Translations under genes and position numbers: made by a program
The notes under the pieces: model-generated
The model's database searches: none
What the model saw: the letters and a program-made list of their open reading frames with translations, nothing else
What the model was told of the DNA's origin: nothing
Shown: piece by piece, positions 28,423-38,691 of the stretch
Position numbering within the stretch: position 1 is the stretch's first letter
Layout of the letters: each line of letters opens with the position of its first letter
From: Planctomycetota bacterium
GTDB lineage: Bacteria; Planctomycetota; PLA2; JAEUHO01
Direction of reading: 5' to 3'
DNA length: 64,000 bases
Assembly: GCA_965222115.1 (NCBI GenBank)
Contig: CBDCTJ010000003.1
Span: 64,001 to 128,000 of the forward strand

Positions 28423-30132
28423 CTACTTCTCACGACCAATGTACTGGCCGTGATTTTCCGCAGCGAGGCGCTTGAGAAATCCAGAGGCGTGGTTCTTGCC
28501 CACACCGATGGTGTGGATGCTGAGTTGCCGCACTTTGTTCATCCGCTGCACTTCGGCAAGAATGAGCTTGGGATCGGTGAACTTTCCGAGCGTTGGCGCT
28601 CCGTCCGTCATAAGAAAGATCGTGTCCGCGCCCTTCGCCATGTTCTTCTTTTCTTTGTGGGCGCTGAAGATATTGAACGCCTTATGAATGCCCCCATAAA
28701 TGTCGGTCTGCTCTTGGGGCTTCACATGCTTTTCGATCCACTTAAATGCCCGCTCCTTATTCTTCTTGGTCGCCACGACCATTGCCTTGGGCTTGAACAC
28801 GTTCACGTCGGTACTAAAGGTAACAATGTTGAACGTGGCGGCTCCGCGCTCGTCTTCGTCTACGGCGGATAAACCCTTGAGCGCACGAAGAAGTTCTTTT
28901 CGCGCAACGCCAATACGTGAGGTGTCCTCCGGCTCCGTCGTGCCATCCTCGGCCTGAACGGGACGCATACTGCCTGACACGTCGACGACGAAGACAATGT
29001 GCTTGCTGTCGGTCTTAATGCCATAGAACGACGTCCCACCCTGGTGGGCGGTGGTCTTGAGTTCGTAGCGCTTGGGCTCGCCGCTGACGGGCTTTCCTCG
29101 GTGGTCAATCACGGACCACTTCTTGATCGTCTGTTCGCGATTGGCTTTCCACCATGAGCGCCATGCGTCCAAGGTGGCCAATACAGGCTCGTCTACGATG
29201 GATGCCATCGCGCCGAATACGCGACGCCGGAGTACACCTTCCTCCTTTTCTGCATGGGCCAGCAGCGCATCTACGACGTTTTCATCTTTGTAAAAGGACA
29301 ATCCATGAAGCGCCGCGCCCCGTACCGTCCACGACGCGTGTGCGAGCTGCGAGAGCAGGTACTTCTTTCCGCGTTCGGAATTCTGGCGGCCCATCGCCGA
29401 AAGTGTGGCTTGCAACTCATCGACGGCGCGGGTCGTGTCCGCTAGCCGGATCAACTGTTCGGTGGCCGCTTCGCACTCCATATAGCCGAGCAGCGTAACG
29501 AGGTGCACCACCTTCTTCCCGCTTGCGCCACGTACGGCGGCAATCGTCAATCGCTCGCCCTTTTCCTTATCCTCTCCGGAGAGGCTGTTGGCGAGTCGCG
29601 CGACCTCCCGCAAGACACGTTTGGAGAATTCGTCTTCCTCCAGAAAGTTTGTATAGATTCTGCCGACCTTGGCCTTTTCAATCGCACCCTTCGCCTTGAT
29701 CTCCTTGTTGCCAACCCACTCAATGAGGCTCTTGGGTGCAGTAATCTTTCCGTCCCAGGTACCGCCCTTCTTCTCGGCCTTGCGCTTCGCGCGCTCAGCA
29801 ATGGCGTCAAGCTGCTTGCGAATGCGTTTATCCTTTTCTTGCCACTCGGCCTCAGCCACCTCCCATGACTTGTACATCTTTTCCGTGTTCTTGAGTTGCC
29901 CCTTGTAGGCCTTCAAGAGCACATCAATTCCGCGGTAGTCCTCCGACTTGCTAATCTTGAGCACCGCCAGCGTGCGTTCGCGGATCGACTTGTCACCCTT
30001 GAAGTTTTTACGAAATGCCTTGGCGAGTTCGCTCCATGATGGCCCCTTGGCCTTGGCTGCCTGCGGGGCGGCGCCAATCACAAGCAGGAACAACATGGCA
30101 AAAGGAAGTGAAATGCGGAGGGCTTGACGCAT
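28423..30132 (-). CDS. Exported HEAT-repeat plus von Willebrand A domain protein
   Basis: Signal peptide, WTVRGAALHGL HEAT repeat, SFYGI...FVVDVSGSM MIDAS, DTIFLMTDG. Confidence 0.8.
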   Translation of the reverse strand: MRQALRISLPFAMLFLLVIGAAPQAAKAKGPSWSELAKAFRKNFKGDKSIRERTLAVLKISKSEDYRGIDVLLKAYKGQLKNTEKMYKSWEVAEAEWQEKDKRIRKQLDAIAERAKRKAEKKGGTWDGKITAPKSLIEWVGNKEIKAKGAIEKAKVGRIYTNFLEEDEFSKRVLREVARLANSLSGEDKEKGERLTIAAVRGASGKKVVHLVTLLGYMECEAATEQLIRLADTTRAVDELQATLSAMGRQNSERGKKYLLSQLAHASWTVRGAALHGLSFYKDENVVDALLAHAEKEEGVLRRRVFGAMASIVDEPVLATLDAWRSWWKANREQTIKKWSVIDHRGKPVSGEPKRYELKTTAHQGGTSFYGIKTDSKHIVFVVDVSGSMRPVQAEDGTTEPEDTSRIGVARKELLRALKGLSAVDEDERGAATFNIVTFSTDVNVFKPKAMVVATKKNKERAFKWIEKHVKPQEQTDIYGGIHKAFNIFSAHKEKKNMAKGADTIFLMTDGAPTLGKFTDPKLILAEVQRMNKVRQLSIHTIGVGKNHASGFLKRLAAENHGQYIGREK

Positions 30133-30494
30133 GGGCAGGCCTTTCGAATGTGAATCGGTCTCATCATCGTGGCCGGTGCCGGTGCAGCCCGCCTAGACCG
30201 TACATCACAGCATAGCCAATTCCGCCCCGCGTGGCGCCCTTCAAGCGGCGGAGGAGGCAGATGTCTGGGACCAAGGTTGCTCGCAGCGTCCAATTCGACG
30301 CCTCAACGCACTCGAAAGGTGAGGGTGTGTTAGGAGTTGGTATGTTGCTTACCTATGCGCCTCGGTACCGCGTTGCATGTGCCCATTCCACGGGAACAGG
30401 CGTCATCGGGGTGCCAACGCAACCATCCCAAGAACACTGATTTCGCTCAAACGACGAGACGTTCGCCGCCGTCCCACGAGCAACCGAAGGAGTC

Positions 30495-30905
30495 ATGATG
30501 AGTTACAAAATCGAAGAGATTGAAGGCATTGGGCCCGCGAATGCGGCCAAACTTGCCGAGGCCGACATTGCAACGGTTGAGCAGTTGCTTGCGTCGTGCG
30601 CCGACGCAAAGGGGCGCGAGGCCGTTGCAGAGAAGACGGGATTCAGCACATCGCAAGTTCTCAAGTGGGCCAATATGGCCGACCTCATGCGCATCAATGG
30701 CATCGCCGGCGAGTACGCCGAGTTGCTCAAGGCCTCGGGCGTGGACACCGTGAAGGAACTTCGCACTCGCCGTCCCGACAACTTGACCACCAAGATGACG
30801 GAAGTGAATGAGGAAAAGAAACTCACCCGCAAAGTGCCGGCCGAGTCCATGGTGATGAAGTGGATTGAAGAGGCCAAGAACACCGAGCCAAAGATCACTC
30901 ACTAG
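30495..30905 (+). CDS. DUF4332 helix-hairpin-helix protein
   Basis: IEEIEGIGP, KWANMADLMRINGI, GVDTVKEL; AAGGAG RBS. Confidence 0.88.
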   Translation: MMSYKIEEIEGIGPANAAKLAEADIATVEQLLASCADAKGREAVAEKTGFSTSQVLKWANMADLMRINGIAGEYAELLKASGVDTVKELRTRRPDNLTTKMTEVNEEKKLTRKVPAESMVMKWIEEAKNTEPKITH

Positions 30906-30952
30906 CGCCATCCAAACCGCGTTGCGCGACGCGTGACGCGTGACGCGACGAT

Positions 30953-30990
30953 CGCCCGCGTAGTGCGACTACGCGGGCGCTTCTTTTTTT
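30953..30990 (+). terminator. Intrinsic terminator
   Basis: 12-bp perfect stem CGCCCGCGTAGT/ACTACGCGGGCG then TTCTTTTTTT. Confidence 0.9.
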
Positions 30991-31058
30991 GCCGGCGATG
31001 CAGTGCAAGCCGCCCCCAGGACGGGCCACGACGCTACCTCGCGGGATAGACTCGCAGC

Positions 31059-32642
31059 ATGCGCGCAAGGTACGGCATCCTCCCACCCGTCCGGTTCACA
31101 GAGCGACGTGGCGTTGGTTGGGGGGTCGCGTGCCTTGTCGCCGTTCTCGCACTCTCCGCCAACCGTGGCCATGCCGGCGAGGAGATGCAACCCGGTCCGT
31201 TCGCAAAAATCGTGATCATAGACTGCGAAGGCATGATCGACGGGCTACTGCGAAAGTATGTCGAACGAAAGCTCGACGACGCCGAGTCATCGGGCGCCGA
31301 TTGCATTGTTTTGCGCGTGAACTCATTTGGTGGTGGCGTGGGTGCGGCGCGTGAAATCACACAGCGTCTACAAGAGGTTCCGGACGACATACACACGATT
31401 GCGTGGGTCCACGACAAAGCCATTAGTGCCGCGGCGTGGATCAGTTTGGCGTGTAGGGAGATCATCGTCGGTCCCGCAGCGAGCTTTGGCGACTGCCAAC
31501 CCATTGTGGGTGGCGCAGGCACACCCACGCCCGTAGGCGAAAAGATCGAAAGTCCTTTGCGCGCTTGGTTTCGCGCACTGGCGGAGGAGAACGGTTATCC
31601 GGTACTCTTGAGCGAAGCCATGGTGAGCGCAAGCCTCAGCGTAATTCGTGTTCGCAACGAAGACACGGGCGAAGAGTTTCTTGTGCGCGGAGACACCTTC
31701 GATGAGGCCGACGACGGCGACGAAATCGTGGACGGTCACAGGCGCGAAGATTTGGTGAGAGTTGGCTCCCCCATCGTAACCGATAAGCAGTTGCTCACGC
31801 TTACCGCCAAGGAGATGATCGATTTTGGATTTATGAAGCGCGAGTATCCCGACGTGTTTCCCACGGATGACGATGCCATGCTCACGCCACTCAAAGGCGT
31901 GGACGCCGAGGTCGTTGACATCGGACTTTCGTTTTCGGAGCGCGCGCTGCGATGGCTGCTTGGATTCGCAGGCATCCTCTCGGCCATCGTATTGTTGTCG
32001 GTGCTCCTATTGTTCTTTATGGGACCCGGCATCATGACCATCGTCGGCGGTGTGGCGCTTGCATTGCTCGGGGCGATTCACATGAGTGCCGGCGCCTCCC
32101 AAGGATTCCCGCTCTTTCTCATTCTCGTAGGCCTGTTACTGCTTGCCGCTGAGTTCTTCGTATTCCCGGGCTTCGGCATTCCGGGGGCGCTCGGCATCGC
32201 GTGCATTGGCGCAGGATTCATGTTTATGCAAGCGCGTAGTCAGACGGGCGACTCAACGACGCGATCGGTAAGTACCGATGTGTGGCAGAGCTTTGCGGCA
32301 CAGTTTATCGTTACGTCCATAGCGGGATTCGTCACGCTCATGCTATTGTCGCGCGTGTTTCCCAGCGTCGGGCCCGGTAAGCGTATGGTGCTGGCCACTC
32401 CCACCGATTCGGAAACAGGCCATGCGACGGGACTTCGATCACGCCCCGCGCCGGACGTCGCGATGGGTGCTACGGGCATAGCCCTATCCGACTTGCGACC
32501 GGTGGGCTCGGCGCGAATCGGCAAGCACGACATCGATGTTGTGAGTGAAACAGGCTATATCGAACGAAACGATCCAATTCGAGTTGTGGCCGTTCGTGGC
32601 ACCGAAATCGTTGTCGAATCTGCAAAGGAATCCAACACATGA
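31059..32642 (+). CDS. Long NfeD (ClpP-class protease domain, TM helices, OB-fold)
   Basis: NSFGG, AISAAAWISLAC, FFVFPGFGIPG, SDLRPVG. Confidence 0.85.
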   Translation: MRARYGILPPVRFTERRGVGWGVACLVAVLALSANRGHAGEEMQPGPFAKIVIIDCEGMIDGLLRKYVERKLDDAESSGADCIVLRVNSFGGGVGAAREITQRLQEVPDDIHTIAWVHDKAISAAAWISLACREIIVGPAASFGDCQPIVGGAGTPTPVGEKIESPLRAWFRALAEENGYPVLLSEAMVSASLSVIRVRNEDTGEEFLVRGDTFDEADDGDEIVDGHRREDLVRVGSPIVTDKQLLTLTAKEMIDFGFMKREYPDVFPTDDDAMLTPLKGVDAEVVDIGLSFSERALRWLLGFAGILSAIVLLSVLLLFFMGPGIMTIVGGVALALLGAIHMSAGASQGFPLFLILVGLLLLAAEFFVFPGFGIPGALGIACIGAGFMFMQARSQTGDSTTRSVSTDVWQSFAAQFIVTSIAGFVTLMLLSRVFPSVGPGKRMVLATPTDSETGHATGLRSRPAPDVAMGATGIALSDLRPVGSARIGKHDIDVVSETGYIERNDPIRVVAVRGTEIVVESAKESNT

Positions 32643-33154
32643 TTTGGGCCATCCTCTTGCTCATCCTTGGGCTTGGCTTTGTCCTGGCGGAAGTGTTTTT
32701 TCCCTCGTTTGGCATCTTGAGCATTGTGGCGGGGCTCTGCATTCTTCTTGCCGACATCAAAGCGTTTCACGAGGGTGGCAACTTCATCGGTTGGACGTTC
32801 ATTGTGGCGGAAATTGTGCTGGTCCCACTCGTGGTGTGGTTTGCGTTTCGCACGCTCCCCAAAGTACCCATGGGGCAAAAGATGTTGCTTCAAGGCCCCA
32901 CCACGACACCCGTTCCAGCCGTACCCAATCTCGATCATCTTGCCGGCGCCACTGGGACGGCAGAATCTGATCTTCGTCCATCCGGCATGGCGATGATCCA
33001 TGGTGAACGCGTGTCCGTCGTATCGGTCGTGGGCATGATTGATCGCGGCACGGCCATTGTCGTAGAACGAGTCGAGGGCGGCGAAGTGCGTGTGCGCAAG
33101 CAGGATGCCGAAATGGCACCCGCCGCTGTAAAACCCTTGACGGAAACAACGTAG
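32639..33154 (+). CDS. Short NfeD family protein
   Basis: EVFFPSFG, SDLRPSG OB-fold. Confidence 0.85.
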   Translation: MIWAILLLILGLGFVLAEVFFPSFGILSIVAGLCILLADIKAFHEGGNFIGWTFIVAEIVLVPLVVWFAFRTLPKVPMGQKMLLQGPTTTPVPAVPNLDHLAGATGTAESDLRPSGMAMIHGERVSVVSVVGMIDRGTAIVVERVEGGEVRVRKQDAEMAPAAVKPLTETT

Positions 33155-33199
33155 CTAGACTTGTACACCTAGGACGCGTATCTCATAGGAATCCAACGA

Positions 33200-34249
33200 A
33201 TGACATTTGCAATGCATCACAATCCACTCGCGATTGAACTCGACACCGGCACGGTGCTGCTTGCCGTGGGTCTCCTGATCGTCTTCATCCTGTTGGTGAT
33301 CTTTCTCAAGTTTTTCAAGCTGTGGATTCAGTCCTACTTCAGCAATGCCAATATCAGCCTGTTCGAACTCGTGGGCATGTGGCTGCGAAAGGTCAAGGCG
33401 CAAGAGATCGTGCAGAGCAAGATTGCGCTCGTCCAAGCCAACCTGCCCGCCGAAACAAAGGACTTGGAAGCTCACTTTCTCGCAGGAGGCGACGTAGACA
33501 ATGTGGCGCGCGCGCTCATTGCAGCCGACCGCGCGGGCATTGGCCTCGACTTTCAAACGGCCGCCGGTATTGATCTCGCCGGACGTGATGTGCTTGACGC
33601 GATTCAGACCAGCGTCAATCCGAAAGTGATTGATTGCCCCGACCCTCAGAAGGACAAGCGCGAAGTGGCGGCGGTGGCCAAGGACGGCATTCAAGTCTTG
33701 GCGCGTGCACGCGTCACGGTGCGCACCAATCTGGATCGACTGGTCGGTGGTGCCACGGAAGAGACCATCATTGCGCGCGTGGGCGAGGGCATTGTGAGCA
33801 CGATTGGTAGCTCCGCAACCCACAAGGAAGTGCTCGAAAATCCCGACATGATCAGCAAAACGGTACTTGCCAAGTCACTTGACGCGGGCACGGCCTACAC
33901 CATTCTTTCCATCGATATTGCCGACGTAGACATTGGTCAAAACATCGGTGCGCGCTTGCAGGCCGACCAGGCGGAAGCCGATAAACGCGTTGCGCAGGCA
34001 AAGGCCGAGGAACGCCGCGCGTTGGCGGTTGCGTTGGAACAAGAAAACAAAGCGGGCGTGGTTGAGAACCAAGCCAAAGTCACGCTCGCCGAAGCCCAAG
34101 TGCCTCTTGCGTTGGCAGAAGCCCTCAAGAGCGGTCGAATGGGCGTGATGGACTATTTCAATCTAAAGAACGTAGAAGCCGACACGTCGATGCGTGAAAG
34201 CCTAGGGTCTGGCGATACCACACCCACCCGAGATCCCTCCGAAGAATAG
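33200..34249 (+). CDS. floA: Flotillin-like protein FloA (YqfA family)
   Basis: [42 protein letters not shown]. Confidence 0.93.
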   Translation: MTFAMHHNPLAIELDTGTVLLAVGLLIVFILLVIFLKFFKLWIQSYFSNANISLFELVGMWLRKVKAQEIVQSKIALVQANLPAETKDLEAHFLAGGDVDNVARALIAADRAGIGLDFQTAAGIDLAGRDVLDAIQTSVNPKVIDCPDPQKDKREVAAVAKDGIQVLARARVTVRTNLDRLVGGATEETIIARVGEGIVSTIGSSATHKEVLENPDMISKTVLAKSLDAGTAYTILSIDIADVDIGQNIGARLQADQAEADKRVAQAKAEERRALAVALEQENKAGVVENQAKVTLAEAQVPLALAEALKSGRMGVMDYFNLKNVEADTSMRESLGSGDTTPTRDPSEE

Positions 34250-34302
34250 GCAAAGAGACATGTAGCGAAGCATTACTTACGTTCACCACTGGCGAGAACC
34301 AC

Positions 34303-34764
34303 ATGGAAGAGTTTGGCGAGATCATTGGCTCCCTCATCGCCATGGTGATGTGGATTGCGTTGGCGCTGTTGTCACGGAAGCAGCAAAAACAACAGGAAGA
34401 ACGGCGGAGAAAGGAACTCGAATCGCAACCTGCCGGCGGGTTGCCGGAGACTATGTTGCCGGAGACTATGGCGGACACGTTTACGCCCGATTCAACGACT
34501 CAACGTACGCGTGCGGCCGATCTTCCGTCACCGCAGGACTCCGCATCGGAGCACGTCGCCTACGCAATCGAGCAAAGAGACGACGCCACACGCACGCGGG
34601 AGGCGGCATTCGCACGTCTTGGTCTCGACCCACGGACTGATCTCTCTCCCCGCGAACTCTCGCGCCGCGGCATGCTTTGGTCCGAAGTTCTCGGCCCTCC
34701 GCGCGCCCACCGCGGCCCACACCGCTACGCCGCGTCACGCTTCGCAAAGCGGCGAATGAACTAG
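34303..34764 (+). CDS. Hypothetical membrane-anchored protein (YqfB-like position)
   Basis: N-terminal TM, C-terminal WSEVLGPPRA motif typical after floA. Confidence 0.65.
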   Translation: MEEFGEIIGSLIAMVMWIALALLSRKQQKQQEERRRKELESQPAGGLPETMLPETMADTFTPDSTTQRTRAADLPSPQDSASEHVAYAIEQRDDATRTREAAFARLGLDPRTDLSPRELSRRGMLWSEVLGPPRAHRGPHRYAASRFAKRRMN

Positions 34765-34774
34765 GAGGACTCGT

Positions 34775-37735
34775 ATGGGCCGCCACTTGTGGACCGCGCT
34801 CGGCTTGGCCCTCGTCGCTGGTGCGCTTTTCGCGCTTCTATCGCCTACGCAGGACGTTCACATAGAGACGATTGCTACGCAGTCCGCCGACAATCAATCA
34901 CAGGCGGACAAAGGACGTCTCGCAAGAGGTTCAAAGGAGCCAGAACTCAATCCGGGAACGTCACCGCGTCCGGTTGCCGAGCCTCCTCAAATCGTTGGCA
35001 CTGTAATTGACGCCGAAACGGAAGCGGCAGTACAAGGTGCGCGCGTCATGGTGCTACGTACTAACACGCATGACTCAGCTTTCGCGTCCTCCAACAAGCA
35101 CGGCGCATTTTCGATCCATGGGGTCGAGCCAGGATCATGGTTGCTAATCGTGTGGCACCCGGACTACTTGCCTGCAGGTATGCAAGACTGGAAGCTTGCG
35201 ATTACGAGCGGGCGAATGCCAGAACAACTCCGAATTGTTGTACCGGAAGATGGCGCCGAGCCGATGCAACGAACCGTTCGGCTCTCTCGAGGGCGGACAC
35301 TGCATGGACGTGTGTTCGACGCGAAGGGACTTCCGGTAGGCGGGGCGAGGATTCACATTCAACTGCCTGAGACGGTCTTGGGTGTCAAACTCGGCACGAC
35401 GTCACTCGCTAGATTGATCAGTCAACACTCGCCCGTCGTTACGGCGGCGGACGGCAGGTTCACATGCACATGCTCGCCGTCGCCGCTCTTCAAGTTGCAG
35501 TACGCGGCAGTGAAAGGCGATTCAATTTGCCGGTTTATCGAGGCTTCCCTCAATGGTGATCACGACACCGTTGAATTGCGTCTATTGGAACCTGCAGCAG
35601 TATCTGGAACAGTACGGCGCATGAACGAGTCTCCCGCTCATGGCGTGCGTGTGTTGCCCTTGCAAGTAGACACATGGCGACGTGAGTACGCAATGCCACC
35701 GGTAGAGCAGGCTGTCACTGCGCCCAATGGGACCTACTCGCTACCAACGCTGCCGCCGGGTCCCACGGAACTTGCTGCCGCATGGGGTCAAAAGGGAGAG
35801 TGCTTTCGAAGCGTCGCACCGCGCGCCGGTTCACACATGTCTGATGTCGATTTCGTGGTCTCTGACAAATACAAACTGCAAGGGAGGCTTGTAACGAAAG
35901 ATGGCGCCCCCCTCGCTGGGGAATTGATCCACGTGAGAGAACATCCATCGGGATTGCTTGGCAATTACTTCGCCGCCTTCACGGATGCTAAGGGCACCTT
36001 CAAGGTAGAGGCGCTTCATGGCCCGTTGACGGTGACGCAGCACCTTCCGGGCCGAGCCCTAGAACTTGCACGCGACTTCGTTCCCAAGGAGCCAGTCTCT
36101 ACGTTTGTCGGTGAGCGGTCCACGATCACACGTATTGATGTGCGCGTGATTGACGACAAGGGAAACTCAGCAACCGAGTATTCTGCCAACGCGTGGAGCC
36201 TTAAGGACTCGCCGGTAGGAAACGAGCAGGGCTTGAACGTGGAGATCGAGGGAAGGCGTGGAACCTCTACGCTGGAAGTCCCGGGTGAACTTCCCATTGT
36301 TATCCATGTCTACGATGTTTCATTTGATGCGGACGAGCAGTCGGAAGAGGGACTGACGAAAGCGATTGAACTCTCAGAGATTCCTGCGTCGGGCACCGTA
36401 GACATTGTCGTCAATAGTACATCTGCGATACGCGGCAGAATCACAGACTTGCAGCGCAAGCCAATTCCAAACCTCACGGTTTCATTACTCAAGAAGGAGA
36501 TGATCTACGACGGGGAGGGGGAGATCCTGAAAGAACGTGTCCCCGTAGACGCGGATGGCTGGTACTCATTTCCTTCACTGCCGCACACAACATTCGTGCG
36601 AGTCAACTCACCGGCAGGATTTGCTCGCGTGGATGACATTGAGCATCTAGAAGGAGGACCGGAACGATTCATTTCGCTGGCCCGCGCGGGCACGATTGCG
36701 GGACGTGTCCATGCACCCAATATCCAGTCGATCGCCAAGAAGATCATTTTGAGGGTCACGTGGGAGCAGCCGTTCGGGGAGCATATTCAAGACAACAACC
36801 GATTCGCCATACCGATTCGCCCCGATGGCACATTCTCGTTCCCGCACGCTCCCACCGACCGCGCGATGAGGCTCGCGTTCGACTCAGACTCCACTGCAGC
36901 GCTAGGCTTTCAGGTTCCGAAAGCAGTAGATGGAGTTCGCGCGGGCGACCAGGACGTCGCGCTGCGTCTTGTTCGAGGTCTCCACATTCAAGGCTTGGTG
37001 GCAATTAGTGGAGGTGAGAAGCCCAAATTGTTGCGCATCATGGCGCGCTCTTGCGAAGAACCCCTATCGTGGGGACAGGTCATGCGTCACCTGCGCATTG
37101 TCGATGTGGATTCGACGAATACGTTCCGAATCGGTGGACTCACCAGTGGGCGCTACGCACTCGAACTCATTGGCTATTTTGAACGTGGTCATGCTGTCTT
37201 GGCGAGGACAGTCGTTCCGCCCATGGATGGGGTGACCATTTCCGTACATGCTCCAGGGCAGATTGACGTTGAACTCGGGAGAACAAGGGAAGCAATGGCC
37301 TTTGTGTACCGCCGCGGTTCCGCGCTGCTCGTTACTTCGGCACGAGAACGGTCTGATCGAATGGCAATTCGAAACTTGCCGTCCGATCAGCGATACGACA
37401 TTCGTATTGAGTCGGAAGATCAGGTGTCGATACATTCCAATGTCTCGGTAGGCGATACCATTCGGCCAAAGTTTAGGAAGCCCCTCCTCTTGTCGGGTGT
37501 CGTTCGAATGGATTCCCTGTCCGTCGAAATCGAGTTCGTTCCAGCAGGTGAGGGCGCGCCGGCGCGATTCTCTGCGAGCGGCTCGGGACCGTTCACGGTT
37601 GGTGTCCTAGAAGGCAGCTACCGCGCCGTCGTTCTAAAGCCCGACTTCACCCCCATCGTCCTCGCCGAAGACCTTAGGCCCGGCCAAACAGACATCACGC
37701 TCACCATCCCACCCGGCATCGGCATTCAACGCTAG
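34775..37735 (+). CDS. Carboxypeptidase-regulatory-like domain repeat protein
   Basis: N-terminal anchor, repeated G-x-V-x-D...P...GA beta-sandwich units; AGGAGG RBS. Confidence 0.72.
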   Translation: MGRHLWTALGLALVAGALFALLSPTQDVHIETIATQSADNQSQADKGRLARGSKEPELNPGTSPRPVAEPPQIVGTVIDAETEAAVQGARVMVLRTNTHDSAFASSNKHGAFSIHGVEPGSWLLIVWHPDYLPAGMQDWKLAITSGRMPEQLRIVVPEDGAEPMQRTVRLSRGRTLHGRVFDAKGLPVGGARIHIQLPETVLGVKLGTTSLARLISQHSPVVTAADGRFTCTCSPSPLFKLQYAAVKGDSICRFIEASLNGDHDTVELRLLEPAAVSGTVRRMNESPAHGVRVLPLQVDTWRREYAMPPVEQAVTAPNGTYSLPTLPPGPTELAAAWGQKGECFRSVAPRAGSHMSDVDFVVSDKYKLQGRLVTKDGAPLAGELIHVREHPSGLLGNYFAAFTDAKGTFKVEALHGPLTVTQHLPGRALELARDFVPKEPVSTFVGERSTITRIDVRVIDDKGNSATEYSANAWSLKDSPVGNEQGLNVEIEGRRGTSTLEVPGELPIVIHVYDVSFDADEQSEEGLTKAIELSEIPASGTVDIVVNSTSAIRGRITDLQRKPIPNLTVSLLKKEMIYDGEGEILKERVPVDADGWYSFPSLPHTTFVRVNSPAGFARVDDIEHLEGGPERFISLARAGTIAGRVHAPNIQSIAKKIILRVTWEQPFGEHIQDNNRFAIPIRPDGTFSFPHAPTDRAMRLAFDSDSTAALGFQVPKAVDGVRAGDQDVALRLVRGLHIQGLVAISGGEKPKLLRIMARSCEEPLSWGQVMRHLRIVDVDSTNTFRIGGLTSGRYALELIGYFERGHAVLARTVVPPMDGVTISVHAPGQIDVELGRTREAMAFVYRRGSALLVTSARERSDRMAIRNLPSDQRYDIRIESEDQVSIHSNVSVGDTIRPKFRKPLLLSGVVRMDSLSVEIEFVPAGEGAPARFSASGSGPFTVGVLEGSYRAVVLKPDFTPIVLAEDLRPGQTDITLTIPPGIGIQR

Positions 37736-37894
37736 CGCGCCAACAATATCTGCCTAGAGAACCTGGTTTCTGTGGTGCATTGGTGAGGCGCGCGCCAAAT
37801 ATACCTGGTTTCTGTGGCGCACTCGGAGGCGCCGGATCGGCGGGAAGGAGAGCTACATGCGGCGTGCGCCAGAAATGCCAGGTATCTGTGGCGC
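37735..37894. repeat. Three copies (one degenerate) of the GCGCCA...TGGCGC palindrome
   Basis: 37792-37820, 37866-37894 and a partial copy at 37735-37780, between convergent genes. Confidence 0.8.
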
Positions 37895-37905
37895 GCCGCG
37901 GCGCA

Positions 37906-38691
37906 TCAGTCGAGGTTGATCTCTTCGACGAGGCCGAGATTTTTGGGGTCGTGCTCGACGATTTTGCCTTTGTCGAGGCGCACGACGCGGTGGGCTTGGG
38001 CCGCGAGGCGAGCGTCGTGGGTGACAATAACCATAGTTTGGGTGTTGGCTTCGTTGAGGCCCCAGAGGAGCGCGCGCACATCGTCGGCCGTCTTGCCGTC
38101 GAGGTTGCCGGTGGGCTCGTCGCAGAAGAGGAATCGCGGCTTGTTTTGAAGCGCGCGCGCAATGGCTACGCGCTGACGTTCGCCACCTGAGAGTTCGCGG
38201 GAGCGATGTTTCCATCGCTTGCCAAGGCCGACCAACTCAAGCAGTTCGCGCGCACGCGCCTTGCACGCCTTCCTTTCACTGCGCCACGCAAGCGGCCCAT
38301 GCATGATCATGGAAGGCATCAGCACGTTTTCGAGCGCGTTGAGCTCGGGCAAGAGGTGATAGAACTGAAAGACGAAGCCCATCACTTCGTTGCGAAGACG
38401 CGCACGTTCGCTGCCCGGCAAGCTCGCGCGATCTTTGCCGTCGAAAATGATCTCGCCCTCGTTGACGTGGTCGAGCCAGCCCAACACATGGAGCAGCGTG
38501 CTCTTGCCGCAGCCACTCGTGCCGAGAATGGCCAAGATCTCGCCGGGATACACCTCAAGATTGACGTTTCGCAGCACGTGCAGGGGATGGCCGCCGATCT
38601 TGTAGTGCTTGGCCACATTGCGCGCAACGAGCACGGGCTCGCGATCGTCCTGCCCCTGCGTACGGGAGGTGGCGGCTTGCGGACTATTCAT
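37906..38691 (-). CDS. lolD: Lipoprotein-releasing ABC transporter ATP-binding protein (LolD-like)
   Basis: GTSGCGKS, GFVFQFYHLLPEL, LSGGERQR, DEPTGNLD. Confidence 0.85.
   Translation of the reverse strand: MNSPQAATSRTQGQDDREPVLVARNVAKHYKIGGHPLHVLRNVNLEVYPGEILAILGTSGCGKSTLLHVLGWLDHVNEGEIIFDGKDRASLPGSERARLRNEVMGFVFQFYHLLPELNALENVLMPSMIMHGPLAWRSERKACKARARELLELVGLGKRWKHRSRELSGGERQRVAIARALQNKPRFLFCDEPTGNLDGKTADDVRALLWGLNEANTQTMVIVTHDARLAAQAHRVVRLDKGKIVEHDPKNLGLVEEINLD

Noticed and set aside
30133-30494. Long divergent intergenic region as a riboswitch
   Set aside because: No known aptamer motif recognised; would need an Rfam scan
34441-34470. Exact 15-bp tandem duplication (LPETM x2); similar GDGWL x2 near 41873-41908
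   Set aside because: In-frame slippage duplications in linker regions; no sign of function
37735-37894. Repeat cluster as a CRISPR array
   Set aside because: Copies are few, degenerate and irregularly spaced, with no cas genes; fits REP-like palindromes
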